A stretch of DNA of 64,000 nt from Eledone cirrhosa (lineage: Eukaryota), in assembly GCA_964016885.1 (NCBI GenBank), contig OZ024740.1, forward strand, positions 298,406,001 to 298,470,000. The letters run 5' to 3'. Positions within the stretch are counted from its first letter, which is position 1, and each line of letters begins with the position of its first letter. Under the pieces are notes generated by a model. The model saw nothing but the letters and a program-made list of their open reading frames with translations. It did not search any database and was not told the DNA's origin. Position numbers and translations under genes: made by a program. This document shows positions 1-11,764 of this stretch, piece by piece.

Positions 1-1113
1 GATCTTGGTCCAGTGACATTGTCTTAGAGAAGTGCAAGTGTGCAAGGTCGGAATTTATCAGATCGCCCCAGGTTTTTCTGGGTCTATCTACACCGTAACT
101 ACAATCAATTTTGATCGCCCTGCACTTTTTATGCAGCTCTCGTCTTTCATGCGCATCATGTGACCATACCAACGTAGTCTTCTCTCAAGTAAACAGCATC
201 TGATCCCTCTTATTCCTAATTTCTCACTTAGTTCATTTATGCTTTGCCGTTCAGGTATATTACTATTACACATCCAACGGAGCATGCATGCTTCGTTCCT
301 TTCCAGTCTGCGCAGGTCCTCTGCACGTAATGCTCATGTCTCACTGCCATGTAGCATTGCTGTTCGTATACAGGCATCATACAATCTGCGTTTCATTTTT
401 AGAGAGAAACCTTTTGTGGCCAACAGCGGTATAAGCTCTCTGAACTTTTTCCATCCGGTTCTGACTCTGGCTACCTACTTTCAGAACACCCTCCACCACT
501 GCTGATTTCGTCACCCAGGTAACGGAAAGTGTCTACTATTTCTATAGAACCATCTGGGCAATAGAAGGAGCTAGTATCCTATGGACACCTGCTGCTTATT
601 GCACCTGAGCATTGGCCACATATAAAGTCTACATTCTTAGATAGTTTACCTGTGATCCCACTACATCTTTTATGTACCCATACTTTGCATTTGGGACATA
701 AAATGGAATTTCTGCCTACTCCTTTCCTACACACTGAGCATGGCCATTTTTCTTTCTACAAACTAGAACTTTAGCCAAGTTAACTTTAAGGCCTTTTGAT
801 TCTAGGCCATGTTTCCATGTTTAGAATTTCTTCTCTAGTTCAGCCATTGATTCAGCTATGAGCGTTAGATCATCTGCGTATAGGAGTTCCCATGGGCAGC
901 CGGTCTTGAACTCCTCTGTTATAGCCTGAAGAGCAATAATAAATAGGAGGGGGCTATGGACTGAGCCTTGATGAATGCCAACTTTTACACTAAATTCTTC
1001 ACAATATTCATTGTTAATTCTAACCTTACTGACTGTTTCATTAAACATAGCTTGTATAGCTCTCACAAGCCATTCATCTAAACCTAGTTTTCTAAGAGCC
1101 CACCAGATAATGT
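1..1113 (-). mobile_element. Decayed RTE-clade LINE reverse transcriptase fragment
   Basis: Minus ORFs contain WWALRKLGLDEWLVRAIQ, VKVGIHQGSVHSPLLF, ELLYADDL and RRLRWYGHMMRM (RT motifs plus RTE C-terminus); stops and frameshifts present. Confidence 0.85.
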
Positions 1114-1310
1114 CCATGCTTCCTGAAATTCGCCAACACTGCACCTGATATCCCCCCTCCATACACACGCACACATGTATATCATGACTTATACACTGTT
1201 CATTCATTTCCCTGACACTTGTGCATTATTCTATGTACTATACATGCACCTTTGATGAGTTGTAGTGCACCTGAGCACTGTACAGAATAATTTCATTTCA
1301 TTATTATTAT
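1114..1310 (+). mobile_element. CR1-like LINE 3' end with (ATT)n tail
   Basis: Matches the reverse complement of the 3' end of the CR1-like copy at 58610-58800 (gatgagttgtagtgcacctgagcactgtaca...attattatt). Confidence 0.7.
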
Positions 1311-1413
1311 AATAACATGATTTATCATCATTTAACAGATGTTAAATGATAACGATTTTAACACAAAAGTCCTAATAATTAAACAGTTAGTAGAATAAAT
1401 TAGTAGTACTAAC

Positions 1414-1509
1414 CTTTACATCAGAAATATAACCAATGACAGCTAAAGCCTTTGGTTCCCAATGAGCTTCACCAAGATAGTTGGTGCAGTGAGTACGGTC
1501 TAATAGATC
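1414..1509 (-). CDS. KNTC1: KNTC1 coding exon 24 (DLLDRTHCTNYLGEAHWEPKALAVIGYISDVK); gene continues beyond window
   Basis: cag acceptor, GTTAGT donor, 96 nt, phase 0/0; resembles human KNTC1 DLLNRC...WEAKAMAVI as recalled. Confidence 0.9.
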
Positions 1510-2477
1510 CTGGAGAAAAATAGAAAAATCAGATGAACAATTACAGAAAATCAACAAATACATAAGGAGATATTAAAGAAGTGTACAGTGTGAAGGCAAG
1601 TGGCTTAGTGGTTAGAGCATTGAGCTCACAAATGTAAAGATCAGTTTACTCAGCTGTAGAAATGAGTTGTGATGTCACTGGTGCCAAGCTGTATTGGTAA
1701 TTGCCTTTCCCTTGGACAACATTGGTGGTGTGGAGTGGGGAGACTGGTATGCATGGGTAACTGCTGGTCTTCCACAAACACACTTTCAAAATTATTAATT
1801 ATTTCATTAAGCTATTAACTTAATGTAATGTTCTTATATAAAATTATATTGGAAGATTTTAATTTAAATTGGAAACCTTAAAAATTAGTAATTTTATTTC
1901 ATAGAACCAGAGTTGGCTTTGGCTGGATTGGTAACTAAAGGGTTAAGCTGGTGTTTGGAACATAATAAAGATCCTTAGATAAATATAGGCACTTTAAAAC
2001 AAACAGTTTTGTATCATAGAACCATGGATAGTTTCAGATGGATTAATATCAGAAGGTTTAAGGCAAATAGCTGGCTGCTAGCCTTCAATTTATGTATACT
2101 ATGATCCCTAAAGTCTGTTTCATGCCAGGAGGTTCACCAGGCCAGTGCTTATCCAGGTTTTGAGAGGTGAAGTGACTGAGAATACAAGACTCATCTGGAC
2201 AGGATACTAGTCCATTGAAGGGTTAAACTCCCAGCTATTGCTGATAACCATTTTCAGCTGAGTGTACTGGAGCAACGTGAAATGAATGTTTTTGTTCAAG
2301 AACACAACACACAACCCAGCCCAGGAATCAAACACACATTATGACCTTAAGTCCAACACCCTTACCACTAGGCCATGCACCTCCATACTATTTTGATGCA
2401 CCTAGACTATAATAGCAGTAATAATTTCAGAGCAATAGAGAGATATTTAAAAGCAACAAGACCAATTGTATACTTAC

Positions 2478-2621
2478 ATTAATATATTTACAAAATATTT
2501 CATCTTCATTGAGTTTGTATTCTTTTAAAAATGGGCGGATAATTTCTTGAAGTGTCTTTTCCATTAATTCAATGGCTACCAAGCGATCCAACATCCGAAA
2601 CACAATAGATTCCGTAGTTTC
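2478..2621 (-). CDS. KNTC1: KNTC1 coding exon 23 (ETTESIVFRMLDRLVAIELMEKTLQEIIRPFLKEYKLNEDEIFCKYIN)
   Basis: tag/GTAAGT, 144 nt; resembles the ENTTTIVFRMFDK segment of ROD/KNTC1. Confidence 0.92.
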
Positions 2622-2818
2622 CTAAATGTAAAGGATTAATAACCACTAACATTTTCTTTATCTCTTCCAACAATTGTGAATTAAACTGATTAAGATAACA
2701 TACATTTGTAAAATAACATTGATAAATTAGACTTGCAGCATTAATAAAATATCAGCTTCTACATGGTCATTTAACTTACTAGAAATAGCAGTTGAATCTT
2801 CCTCAAATAACACATCTT

Positions 2819-3032
2819 TAACCCTTTAGCATTTAAACTGGCCATATCCGGCCAGAATTCTCTCACCTCTTTCTGTTCAAACCAGCTGAACCTGGCCACT
2901 CATGCTTATGTTAAGGTATTGGTCTCAAAATAAATAATATCAATATCTCATAGATTCGATATTATGTGTGGTAAAGCCTTACTGTGAAAATATAATAGTA
3001 TATATACAGTAATGTAAATGCTAAAGGGTTAA
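2819..3032. mobile_element. piggyBac-like MITE (TTAA-CCCTTTAGCATTTA termini)
   Basis: ttaaccctttagcattta...taaatgctaaagggttaa; same family at about 30388-30616 and 61667-62488. Confidence 0.75.
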
Positions 3033-4210
3033 AAAAAAAAAAAGGACACAACGGATAAGAGTCCAAGATACTGCTAAACAAAAGGTGGGGGGATAGTGAT
3101 GGCTAGAATAGCTTTGTTATTGGTTAGACCCAGTTCATCTCTGAGCAAGTAAATCAATGATCACTCTCACATTGATCAAATACACCTGACATGTAATCAA
3201 TTTTATTACTGAAACTATTTTCATCACCGTCATAGTTTTTACATCTGTTTTTCCACACTTGCATGGATTGTTTATGGATATGATCTGCATGGTAATGCAT
3301 CCTGCATAATGCAACTGTTATAAATTGCTATATCCTTTAGAGAATGAATTTAGTTAATGAAACTAGAGCAATTCTTTATAGAAATAATTTCAGCTAGGAA
3401 AAATAACACTATATATCATCATTCATTTTCCCTGCTAGCAAGTGTTGGATGGGTTATCACAGACCAAGTTAGTACTCTTAAATGGACATGAGCCTGCATC
3501 TCACTTACATATCAAATGCATCAGTAGAGTGCAGGAACATGTCAACCACTATACAGGGTGTACTGTGAGCATTTTTCATAGCCCCAGTAGTAGAGAACTA
3601 GTTCTTATGTCCCTACTGTGACATAAGCGTCCTCTCAACACTTTTTGGCATGGTTTCTATAGCTGGATACTCTTATCAACACCAGCTACTTTACAGTGTG
3701 TACTGAATTGATTTTATCATGGCTCCAGCACAAGAAAGAATGTTGGTCATTAACTTGATTGAAGAGCCCTCATTACTCTCTGGTTGTGATGATGTCTTTA
3801 CCAAATTAGAGCAGGTGGGGGAATATGATAGGAGTGAGATAAGGACAATAAGTATGTCATAAGTAACAGTAGATGGAAGGGAAGATGTCAGGTATGGTAT
3901 CATGGGCGAATGACAAGTGTTATAAAATTTATAGGGGCAATTTGAGAGTGAACAGGGGGTGAGAAAGTATGCATTATAAGTGGAATTTGGTAGGTAGGAA
4001 CTACAGAAGCTCGTTTTGTATGTGTGTGTATATATGTAAATAGAAATAACAAAACAAACGACACAGTAAATTGAAGAAATATATTAGTTTAACATTTGAA
4101 ATAACAGGAAATATATATATATATATACACACACACTCACACATACAAAATAGAACATTTTGAAGGAGAAAAAAATTATAGTAAATATAATAATAGTTAG
4201 CATGCCTTAC

Positions 4211-4327
4211 TTGAAAGAAACTCGCAGCAGACATTTTGCAGCTATATCTGGTGTGTAGATTTACTAGCATGCGATAAGCTATAATTAAATCTACCAGAGG
4301 AGCTGTTGCCTGATTGTTGGTGCATCT
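4211..4327 (-). CDS. KNTC1: KNTC1 coding exon 22 (RCTNNQATAPLVDLIIAYRMLVNLHTRYSCKMSAASFFQ)
   Basis: cag/GTAAGG, 117 nt, phase 0; resembles LHRKYNCKLALSDF. Confidence 0.9.
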
Positions 4328-5527
4328 CTGCAAAAATAGAAAATATCAATTATACAACAATCAAATACATGAAATATATAAAAGGTTTATAGAAGAGTCA
4401 GTAATATTCATATGTGATATATTTCTAATCACTAACATCCTAACACCCTTTACTTTATGACACTACATAAAACGTTATAATTATGGCATCTACAAAGCTA
4501 CATAAAATGAGTTAGTCAATATTATATTGTTTTTATTGAAACAATTTTATATATAACTTCATATATCATTGATTTTAGCTGTACTTAAATCTACTATAGT
4601 AGTTTTGCCTGATATCTACTCAAAATTGTTATGTGAAACACCTCTTTAACCCTTTCATAACTGTATTTCTAATGAAGTACACACTATTTCAATTAGTTAA
4701 TGAAGAATTTTGTGGTATTTACTAAAATAATTGATTATTTCATTACTAATATATTAATAAAAAGTTTTAGTTGTTTTTCAGAAGCAGTCTAAATTTTAAT
4801 TAGAACAGTTAGAAATTATAATCAGCATTGTTCTTATATCAACTTTTCCATGCTGGTATGAGTTGGATGGGACTTTTCAGGCAATGGTTTATAGCTAAAT
4901 GTCGTTTGTGACATCAACCCCTCAGTTGTCTCTTACAAAAGTGTATCTGTTTTAAACCAGATACAGTAACAGAATAGTTTACTCTGAAATATTGCCCAAA
5001 CCTATTTTTCTTTATTTTTACTAGTTCCTATTACTTTCCTGTATTCATGCTTATAGCACCTACTTGCTAGCTATATACTATAAGCTACTTCCATTGGATA
5101 TATATATATATATTCCACACTCAAGTGTCAATAATTTGAAGACCTGTATTGTGCGTGCGACAAAATAAAAAAAGCGGAGGTTGCGGCAGCTGCAAAACAA
5201 TTTCGTTCTCGTGCGGAGGCAGTAATTGCCCAAAAGGTCAGCCATATTGAGTGATAAATGTTACATTAAAATTATATCTGTCTACTACCATTATTTTAGT
5301 ATTTCTAACCAGTTTTATGCATTGTAGAAATTGTCTCAATTTCTCTGCAAGACCTGTATAGTCTTAATAGCGAGGTTATAGGAAATAAATTCGCTATATA
5401 TATATATATATAGGACTAGTTTTATAGCTAAGAAATTATTATTTTTATTATTGTAATCATTAAGGCAGATTAAGTCTACCACTTAAGCTGTTTATAGTTA
5501 AGAGAAGAACATTTAATAGAATCCTAC

Positions 5528-5644
5528 CGTTAGAGATGTTTCTGAAGGTGTTGAAAAGTATTGTTCAGATGACAGGTTTAACAAACTGGTACACTTTTTA
5601 TATATAGTTTCCATAATACAGAGAGCATTTGATGGCCAGCCAGC
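5528..5644 (-). CDS. KNTC1: KNTC1 coding exon 21 (AGWPSNALCIMETIYKKCTSLLNLSSEQYFSTPSETSLT)
   Basis: tag/GTAGGA, 117 nt, open frame; resembles ANWPENGL. Confidence 0.88.
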
Positions 5645-6104
5645 CTAGAATAAAAACAAAAGGAAAAAATACACAATATTGAGATATTCAGAACTACATA
5701 CAAATGATGATACTAATGAAGGTTGTTTTCAAGCCTGAATACTACCACATTTTAACAGTCTAGCTGACCATTAATTGGGGGTAAGGCCATCTTATTGATT
5801 TTATCCAACTCAAAAACTGTGAGTTCTTTCATGAACCTACATTCACCCCTAAATGAAAATACAGAGTACTATTTCCAACAGGATATATCGAAATATATAT
5901 ATATATTTTTTTGTATTCTGGAGGGGTGGTCAATATTGGGCTTTGAAACCTTGGGTAGCGCTTTCGTTCCGTGTATAAACATAAATAAATAAAAATAATA
6001 ATAATAATATATATGTATGTAAAAGGTAAACAGAAATAACTACACAATCAGTACATTATATGGAAGGAATATATTAGGTTAACGCTTGAAATAGCAGAAG
6101 AGGG

Positions 6105-6140
6105 TCTTAACGTTTCAGACACTGGTCCTTCATCAGAAGA
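6105..6140 (-). ncRNA. Minimal type I hammerhead ribozyme motif (Penelope-like repeat)
   Basis: Minus strand reads UCUU CUGAUGA AGGAC CAGU GUCU GAAA CG UU AAGA: stem I UCUU/AAGA, stem II GGAC/GUCU, palindromic 2-nt stem III. Confidence 0.7.
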
Positions 6141-6259
6141 ATGAGAAATTAGAAAGATTGAAGGGACGGGTGGGGTGGAATTAGAATATATATATATATA
6201 TATATATAGAATAAGGGAAAGCAAAGTAGTTTCAGATGTTCAAGTCTTTTAATAATAAT

Positions 6260-6333
6260 GCTGTGATATATATTTCAATGGCGACAGTGGCCACACCGTT
6301 CTGTGCTCCAGTGTCGCGACATCGTCAGACTGC
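6260..6333 (-). ncRNA. Hammerhead ribozyme motif (left arm)
   Basis: GCAGU CUGACGA - long stem II - GAAA UAUAUA UC ACAGC; one stem I mismatch. Confidence 0.65.
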
Positions 6334-7624
6334 TTGTTACATAATAAGGTTATGTTTCCGAGGCAATCCAAATTGAATCGACATAGGAACGGACGAAGTG
6401 TGTGCTTTTGGGTTCTTCATCCATTTCCCTGTGAGTACCAATTCACCCCCACCGGTCTGCGCAGGCGCAGGTCCGGAGGAAGTTGACCATTAGCTACCGC
6501 AGATTTCAATAAAATTCGCTTAGTCAGTTCCCCCTCTCAGCCAAACAATGACCCATTCAGGCCTGTACCATAGTTTACTGCTACCCATCCCGTCTGTGGC
6601 AGTCAGCCGAAAGCCAGTGGGGATGGGAGACTGTTAGTATTTACAGGTCCCAATACTACCTCTCACTAAGCATGGACAGTATAACTGACCATCAACCCCT
6701 AAGAGAAAATATATTTAATTCTAGGTATCATGGTTTCATATTGGAAGTTATGAGTGAGAGTTGGAAATTAGAACTAAAAATTAAAATCGAAAATCCTAAA
6801 TCAAATATCAGAAATTAGAAATTAAAAAATTAACAATTAGAAATTAAAAAATTTTTCAAGTGAGAATCCGGATTGAGGTGAGTAAAAAAAATATAGATTG
6901 AAGTGAGTAAATAATATGCAGAGAGATGTTTATGTAAGAAGTTCTGAAAGGGGTACTAATGTTACAGTTACACTATCTACATACTGAACGATGGTACCGT
7001 ACAGTAGAACGGAGAGTAAATTAAAGTATGAAAGGCAGTAGTCATAATTTGGTACATAGTCATAATTTCCATCATATGGAACCCCCCCCCCCCCAAAAAA
7101 AAACCCCGATATAAAGTACAAAAAAGAAAAGAACCAATGATTGAATAAATGCAAAAATACAGAGTACATATATGCAAAATGATCCATATGATTGTCAATT
7201 TGCCCATGTATAGATTGAATTGAGGGGGCTTCTGTTCAAATGCGATTTGGTGCAGGAAAATAGAGGTTTATCTTTGTTTTTGTTTCCGCGTATTTATCCT
7301 GCCGAAAGTTATTATGTCCGTCCAGTGTCAGGGGTTTCCATCCCCATGGTAGAGACTGCCACAGATGGGATGGGTAGCAGTAAACTATGGTACAGGCCTG
7401 AATGGGTCATTGTTTGGCTGAGAGGGGGAACTGACTAAGCGAATTTCGTTGAAATCTGCGGTAGCTAATGGTCAACTTCCTTCGGACCTGCGCCTGCGCA
7501 GACCGGTGGGGGTGAATTGGTACTCACAGGGGAACGGACGAAGAACCCAAAAGCACACACTTCGTCCGTTCCCATGTCGATTCAATTTGGATTGCCTCGG
7601 AAACATAACCTTATTATGTAACAA

Positions 7625-7698
7625 GCTGTCTGATGATGTCGCGACACTGGAGCACAGAACGGTGTGGCCACTGTCGCCATTGAAATATATATCACAGC
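7625..7698 (+). ncRNA. Hammerhead ribozyme motif (right arm)
   Basis: GCUGU CUGAUGA UGUCGCGACA...UGUCGCCAUU GAAA UAUAUA UC ACAGC; perfect 5-bp stem I; predicted cleavage after C7693. Confidence 0.75.
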
Positions 7699-7878
7699 AT
7701 TATTATTAAAAGACTTGAACATCTGAAACTACTTCGCTTTCCCTTATTCGATATTTACTCCGTCACTCCTATGTGGAATAAGTATGTTGAATGCTTGAAT
7801 TGAATTGCATCAATGTTTACCCTAAGTCCGTTCTGAATTTTAACCATCAACATAGTCAAGGTATGTCAAGCATCATCT

Positions 7879-7945
7879 TATTTTATCTGATGAGGACGTA
7901 CTGTTGTAAATAGCTCAGTACCTCTGAAATATGTATAATAAAATA
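7879..7945 (+). ncRNA. Hammerhead ribozyme motif
   Basis: UAUUUUAU CUGAUGA GGACGUACUG...CAGUACCUCU GAAA UAUGUA UA AUAAAAUA; 8-bp stem I. Confidence 0.72.
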
Positions 7946-8208
7946 TACTTGATCACACGAATGTCTATATTTGTTAATATTTTGAATTAATATATATATA
8001 TATATATATATATAACAAAGGAATTGTGGTAAGGAACCAGATGGACCATAACGCACCAGAGTACTCAATACTTAGGGTAGAAGAGTGGGAAATAGGAAAA
8101 AGTATGACCCCAACGGCAGAGCTCAAGCCTTTTCAATGGCTATTTCTGGACTCTATATATATATATACAATATTAAATAAATGAAAAATATATTTATAAA
8201 ACCATATT

Positions 8209-8269
8209 TATTCTATTATATATATTTCAAGGGTACCAAAACTTTGGTACGCTCTCATCAGATAAAATA
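8209..8269 (-). ncRNA. Hammerhead ribozyme motif (left palindrome arm, sense to KNTC1)
   Basis: Exact reverse complement of 8391-8451. Confidence 0.7.
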
Positions 8270-8390
8270 CAAAGTTTGTTATATAAATATTGACACAACC
8301 AGGAAGAAGCTCTTAACGGTTCAAGTTTTTCCTAGATAGAGAACCGTTAAGATCTTCTTGGTTATGTAACTATTTATAAAACAAACTTTG

Positions 8391-8451
8391 TATTTTATCT
8401 GATGAGAGCGTACCAAAGTTTTGGTACCCTTGAAATATATATAATAGAATA
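8391..8451 (+). ncRNA. Hammerhead ribozyme motif (right palindrome arm)
   Basis: UAUUUUAU CUGAUGA GAGCGUACCAAAGUUUUGGUACCCUU GAAA UAUAUA UA AUAGAAUA. Confidence 0.7.
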
Positions 8452-8586
8452 AATATGGTTTTATAAATATACTTTCCATTTATTTAATATCATTGAATAT
8501 TATACTCCAGAAAACCCTGTCGAGTGCTTCGAATCAGTTATAAACATATATTTGTTGGATTATCAACAAATTAAATATCCCTTTTG

Positions 8587-8622
<36 letters not shown>

Positions 8623-8661
8623 CATCATCATATATATATAATTAATAAAAAATGTAATTAC

Positions 8662-8718
8662 CTTCTCATAAAATTCCATGTTTTTTATTTTGAGGATAAT
8701 CCAGGATATGAGCATTTC
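8662..8718 (-). CDS. KNTC1: KNTC1 coding exon 20 (EMLISWIILKIKNMEFYEK)
   Basis: aag/GTAATT, 57 nt, phase 0/0; fills the gap corresponding to human IILAKWLEQAARNLELTDK. Confidence 0.85.
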
Positions 8719-8749
8719 CTTTAATAATAATAATAATAATAATAATAAT

Positions 8750-11280
8750 GATTTCTTTATTGGCCACAAGGGCTGACATCAAGAAAAACATTACGGACGG
8801 CACAGGACAGTACGATGTGGGTTTTATGCGTGTAAATATTTTTATTATTTATATAAGAAATGAAAAAAAAGGACATAGAAACATATATATATATATAAAC
8901 AAAAATGAAAATTGAAACAATGAAAAATTCCCCAATAGGGGGGAAACCTCCGAGGGTTACTCGTGGCGAAAACCACACAAAAGACCACGGCCACCCTGAC
9001 CACCAGAGCAAGTGCCCTCTCTCAATTTTTCCATTTCTCAAACTACAAGCGTATATTCAGAGCGGTCCCGTTTACTCGGACCATTCTCGCTATATTCACC
9101 TACCTTTCAACAAACTTGCTAGAAGGCAGCACTTGCCTCTCCACCCTAATTTTCCTCTTCAAGTGAAACTTGAAAAAGTTAATTAGGGATTTGCCGAAGA
9201 GGAAAGTGTCTGTCTTTAACCCTTTCAACCTTGTCCACCACACAATCTCTTTCGCCATGGCCACCAGACAGATGAAAACTGCCTGCCCTTCCTCGAAGGA
9301 AGACGGCGACACCATCTGCACAATGGACTCAGTCGATAACCGGATCAGTCCCACACGCGACAGCAACTGTTCGACATAGCTCCACAAGTCAGCAATGCTT
9401 GGGCACTGAACGAGTGCGTGCATCTCGGAGAGGCTCGGCTGACGGCACTTACGTGCCTGTAGAGCTTATCTCGAACCGGCAGCACTCCCCGGTAGCACTG
9501 CCAGGCCAGGGATTTTTGGAAGTTATCCATAGGTCCTGGGCTGAAAGTTCTCCGGAAGAGAGCAAACATCTGATCTTCGACGCCCAGGATATCTCCGAGA
9601 ATGTTGTCGCTCTTCCCCTCCACTACTCCTCTATATAATGCCGAGGTGAATGTTCCACCGATACTGGTGCCCAACTGGCAGAGGGCAGTGAGCACCTGGA
9701 GACATTCCAGTTTCCAAACGCTATCCCTCGGTTTTTCTGACCCAGGACTGCAGCTCCGTCAAGGAGACGAGCTGTGGGAAAACATGTCTGGCGAACGGCG
9801 ACCACACCTGTTCACCATCAAGGAAGCACCAGAGATGTCGCAGCCTCAGCGCATGTTTGCACATCATCAGCCATGGCATGCCCAGTCCTCCACGCAACGG
9901 GTGTTGACAGCAGATGGATCGTCTGACCATGGGAGCGCGTCCCTTCCACAAAAAGCGGAAGAGGAGGCGCTCCACTTTTGTGAGAGTTGGGCCGGGGCAA
10001 GGGACGACGGTGAGGTGGTAGCAGATGACGGATGCGATGTACGCATTCGCCACCTCCGCCCGGCTTTTCAAGGACAGCTTCCTCTCGGCCCATTTCTGGG
10101 TGAGGGAAGCCACCTTGCTCGTCACCTCGTTCCAGTTTTTCTCCATCTGGAGGTCCGGTCCGAACCAGACCATGAGCAATTTAACCGGTCCGTCCGTCCA
10201 ACGCCCCACGACGTTGTCGGATGGCATGGACTTGCCTCTCCAGGTGCCGAGCATCTGTACGTGTATTGTGCTCGACACCACCACGGTGACGTCGTCGGCA
10301 TAAGTCGACTCGGATTTCCTGCATCCTAGTTCGCGTGGGACGCCCCTCATCGCCCCTAGTTTGTGCAGTAACGGCTCGAGAGCCAATACGTACAAGAGGG
10401 ACGAGAGGGGACAACCTTGGCGGACTGAGCGCATGATGCTGAACGGCTGCGACAGGTGACCGTTTACCCTCACAACTGAGCAGATGTCGCTGTACATCGC
10501 TGCGATCCAACCCCTAAAAACGGGCCCGAAACCGGCGCCAGGTACCGATGGTTGACCCTATCGACTGCTTTGGATTGATCCAAGTTGATCAGGGCCCCAC
10601 CCGTGCCAGGTTCCTTAACCACCCTCTCTATGATGTATTGCATGAGGTGGAGGTTGTCGTGTATGGATCTGTCCGGAATGGCGCATATCTGCACCTCTCC
10701 CACCAGACCCTTGACGACAAGCGCCAACCTCGTTGCTAACACCCTGGCGAAAATCTTGAACTCTGCGTTTAGCAGGGTTATGGGCCCGAAATTATCGATA
10801 AGATCCCCCTTGTTCGGGTCTTTTCTCAGCAGCGCCACCGCTCCCCGGCTCACAAAACTGGGAATGCTCCCGTTCTGCTGCCAGTTGCAGTAGACGTCTG
10901 CCAAGAGGTCACTGAACAAGTCTGGCATAAATGCATAAAGCTCGTAGGGCAGACCAGCCAAACCTGGCGACTTACCCCTCGTGCAGTTAGCCATCGCTTC
11001 CCGTATTTCACCGGCTGTTATTGGCTTTTCGCAACACTGTGCTGCGGTCGTCGAGAGCCGAGGCAGTCCGTCGAGGTATGCACTGAAGTCCATGCCCCGA
11101 TCCGGGCCGCCGCTGCTCCCGAACAGTTCAGCAAAGTGCTGCTGAAAAGCTTCACACATCCGCTCGGGTTCGAGCATCATGCACCCGTTTGGGTCAGACA
11201 AAGACCGAATTGTGGCTTTGTTGCCACGTCGCGCCTCTGCCACCCAGGCCCATTGAACGACCTTTGTCCCCTCGTGTTTC
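8750..11280 (-). mobile_element. 5'-truncated Tx1/L1-clade non-LTR retrotransposon (RT plus C-terminal Zn region), frameshifted
   Basis: KSPGLAGLPYELY, PITLLNAEFKIFARVLATRL, LDQSKAVDRVNH, VRQGCPLSSLLYVLALEPLL, YADD, WQCYRGVLPV, HALVQCP; GC-rich; AATAAA then (ATT)n tail; (TAA)n on both flanks. Confidence 0.92.
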
Positions 11281-11764
11281 TAATAATAATAATAATACAG
11301 CGACGTTGAATATTTGAGAGGGTGGGTGGTGATGGGTGGAGTAGTGGTAGACAGAAAGTAGCAGAGGATAGAATGGAGAGTAGATGCAAGCAGAGCTGCA
11401 CAATAAAGAGCCTGAAGGTAAAATGTAGGAAGTGTGGGAGAGAAAGATAGTGGGGAAAGAGAATATTAGAATAGTGAGAGATAGAATTAGAGAGAGAAAG
11501 AGAAAGAGAGGAACAGGTAAATATGAAGTTACTTGTTGTTTTGAAATTCTCATGAAGTTTTAATATTTTAATATTTAAAATGTTTAAAATGTCATTTAAA
11601 GTATAGTTTTTGTTTCATAACTTCATTATGTAATGATTTTTTAAAAACAATTTCTGACCATTTTGTAGACCATATTCATTCAAATCACATCAAAAACAAT
11701 AGGAAATAAAAATTGGTGTAATATTCACTTCCAAATTGAAACCAGTGTAATATTCATCTCTAAA

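Larger units (their letters stand above)
6209..7749. repeat. About 395-bp inverted repeat pair (6209-6604 and 7354-7749) around a roughly 750-bp spacer
   Basis: Direct reverse-complement match with only scattered mismatches; each arm carries a hammerhead motif. Confidence 0.93.
8170..8490. repeat. About 320-bp imperfect palindrome (fold-back)
   Basis: Arms 8170-8322 and about 8341-8490 are reverse complements; the central hammerhead portions are identical. Confidence 0.92.

Noticed and set aside
9399-10893. Plus-strand ORFs up to 242 aa
   Set aside because: Antisense shadows of the GC-rich LINE ORF2.
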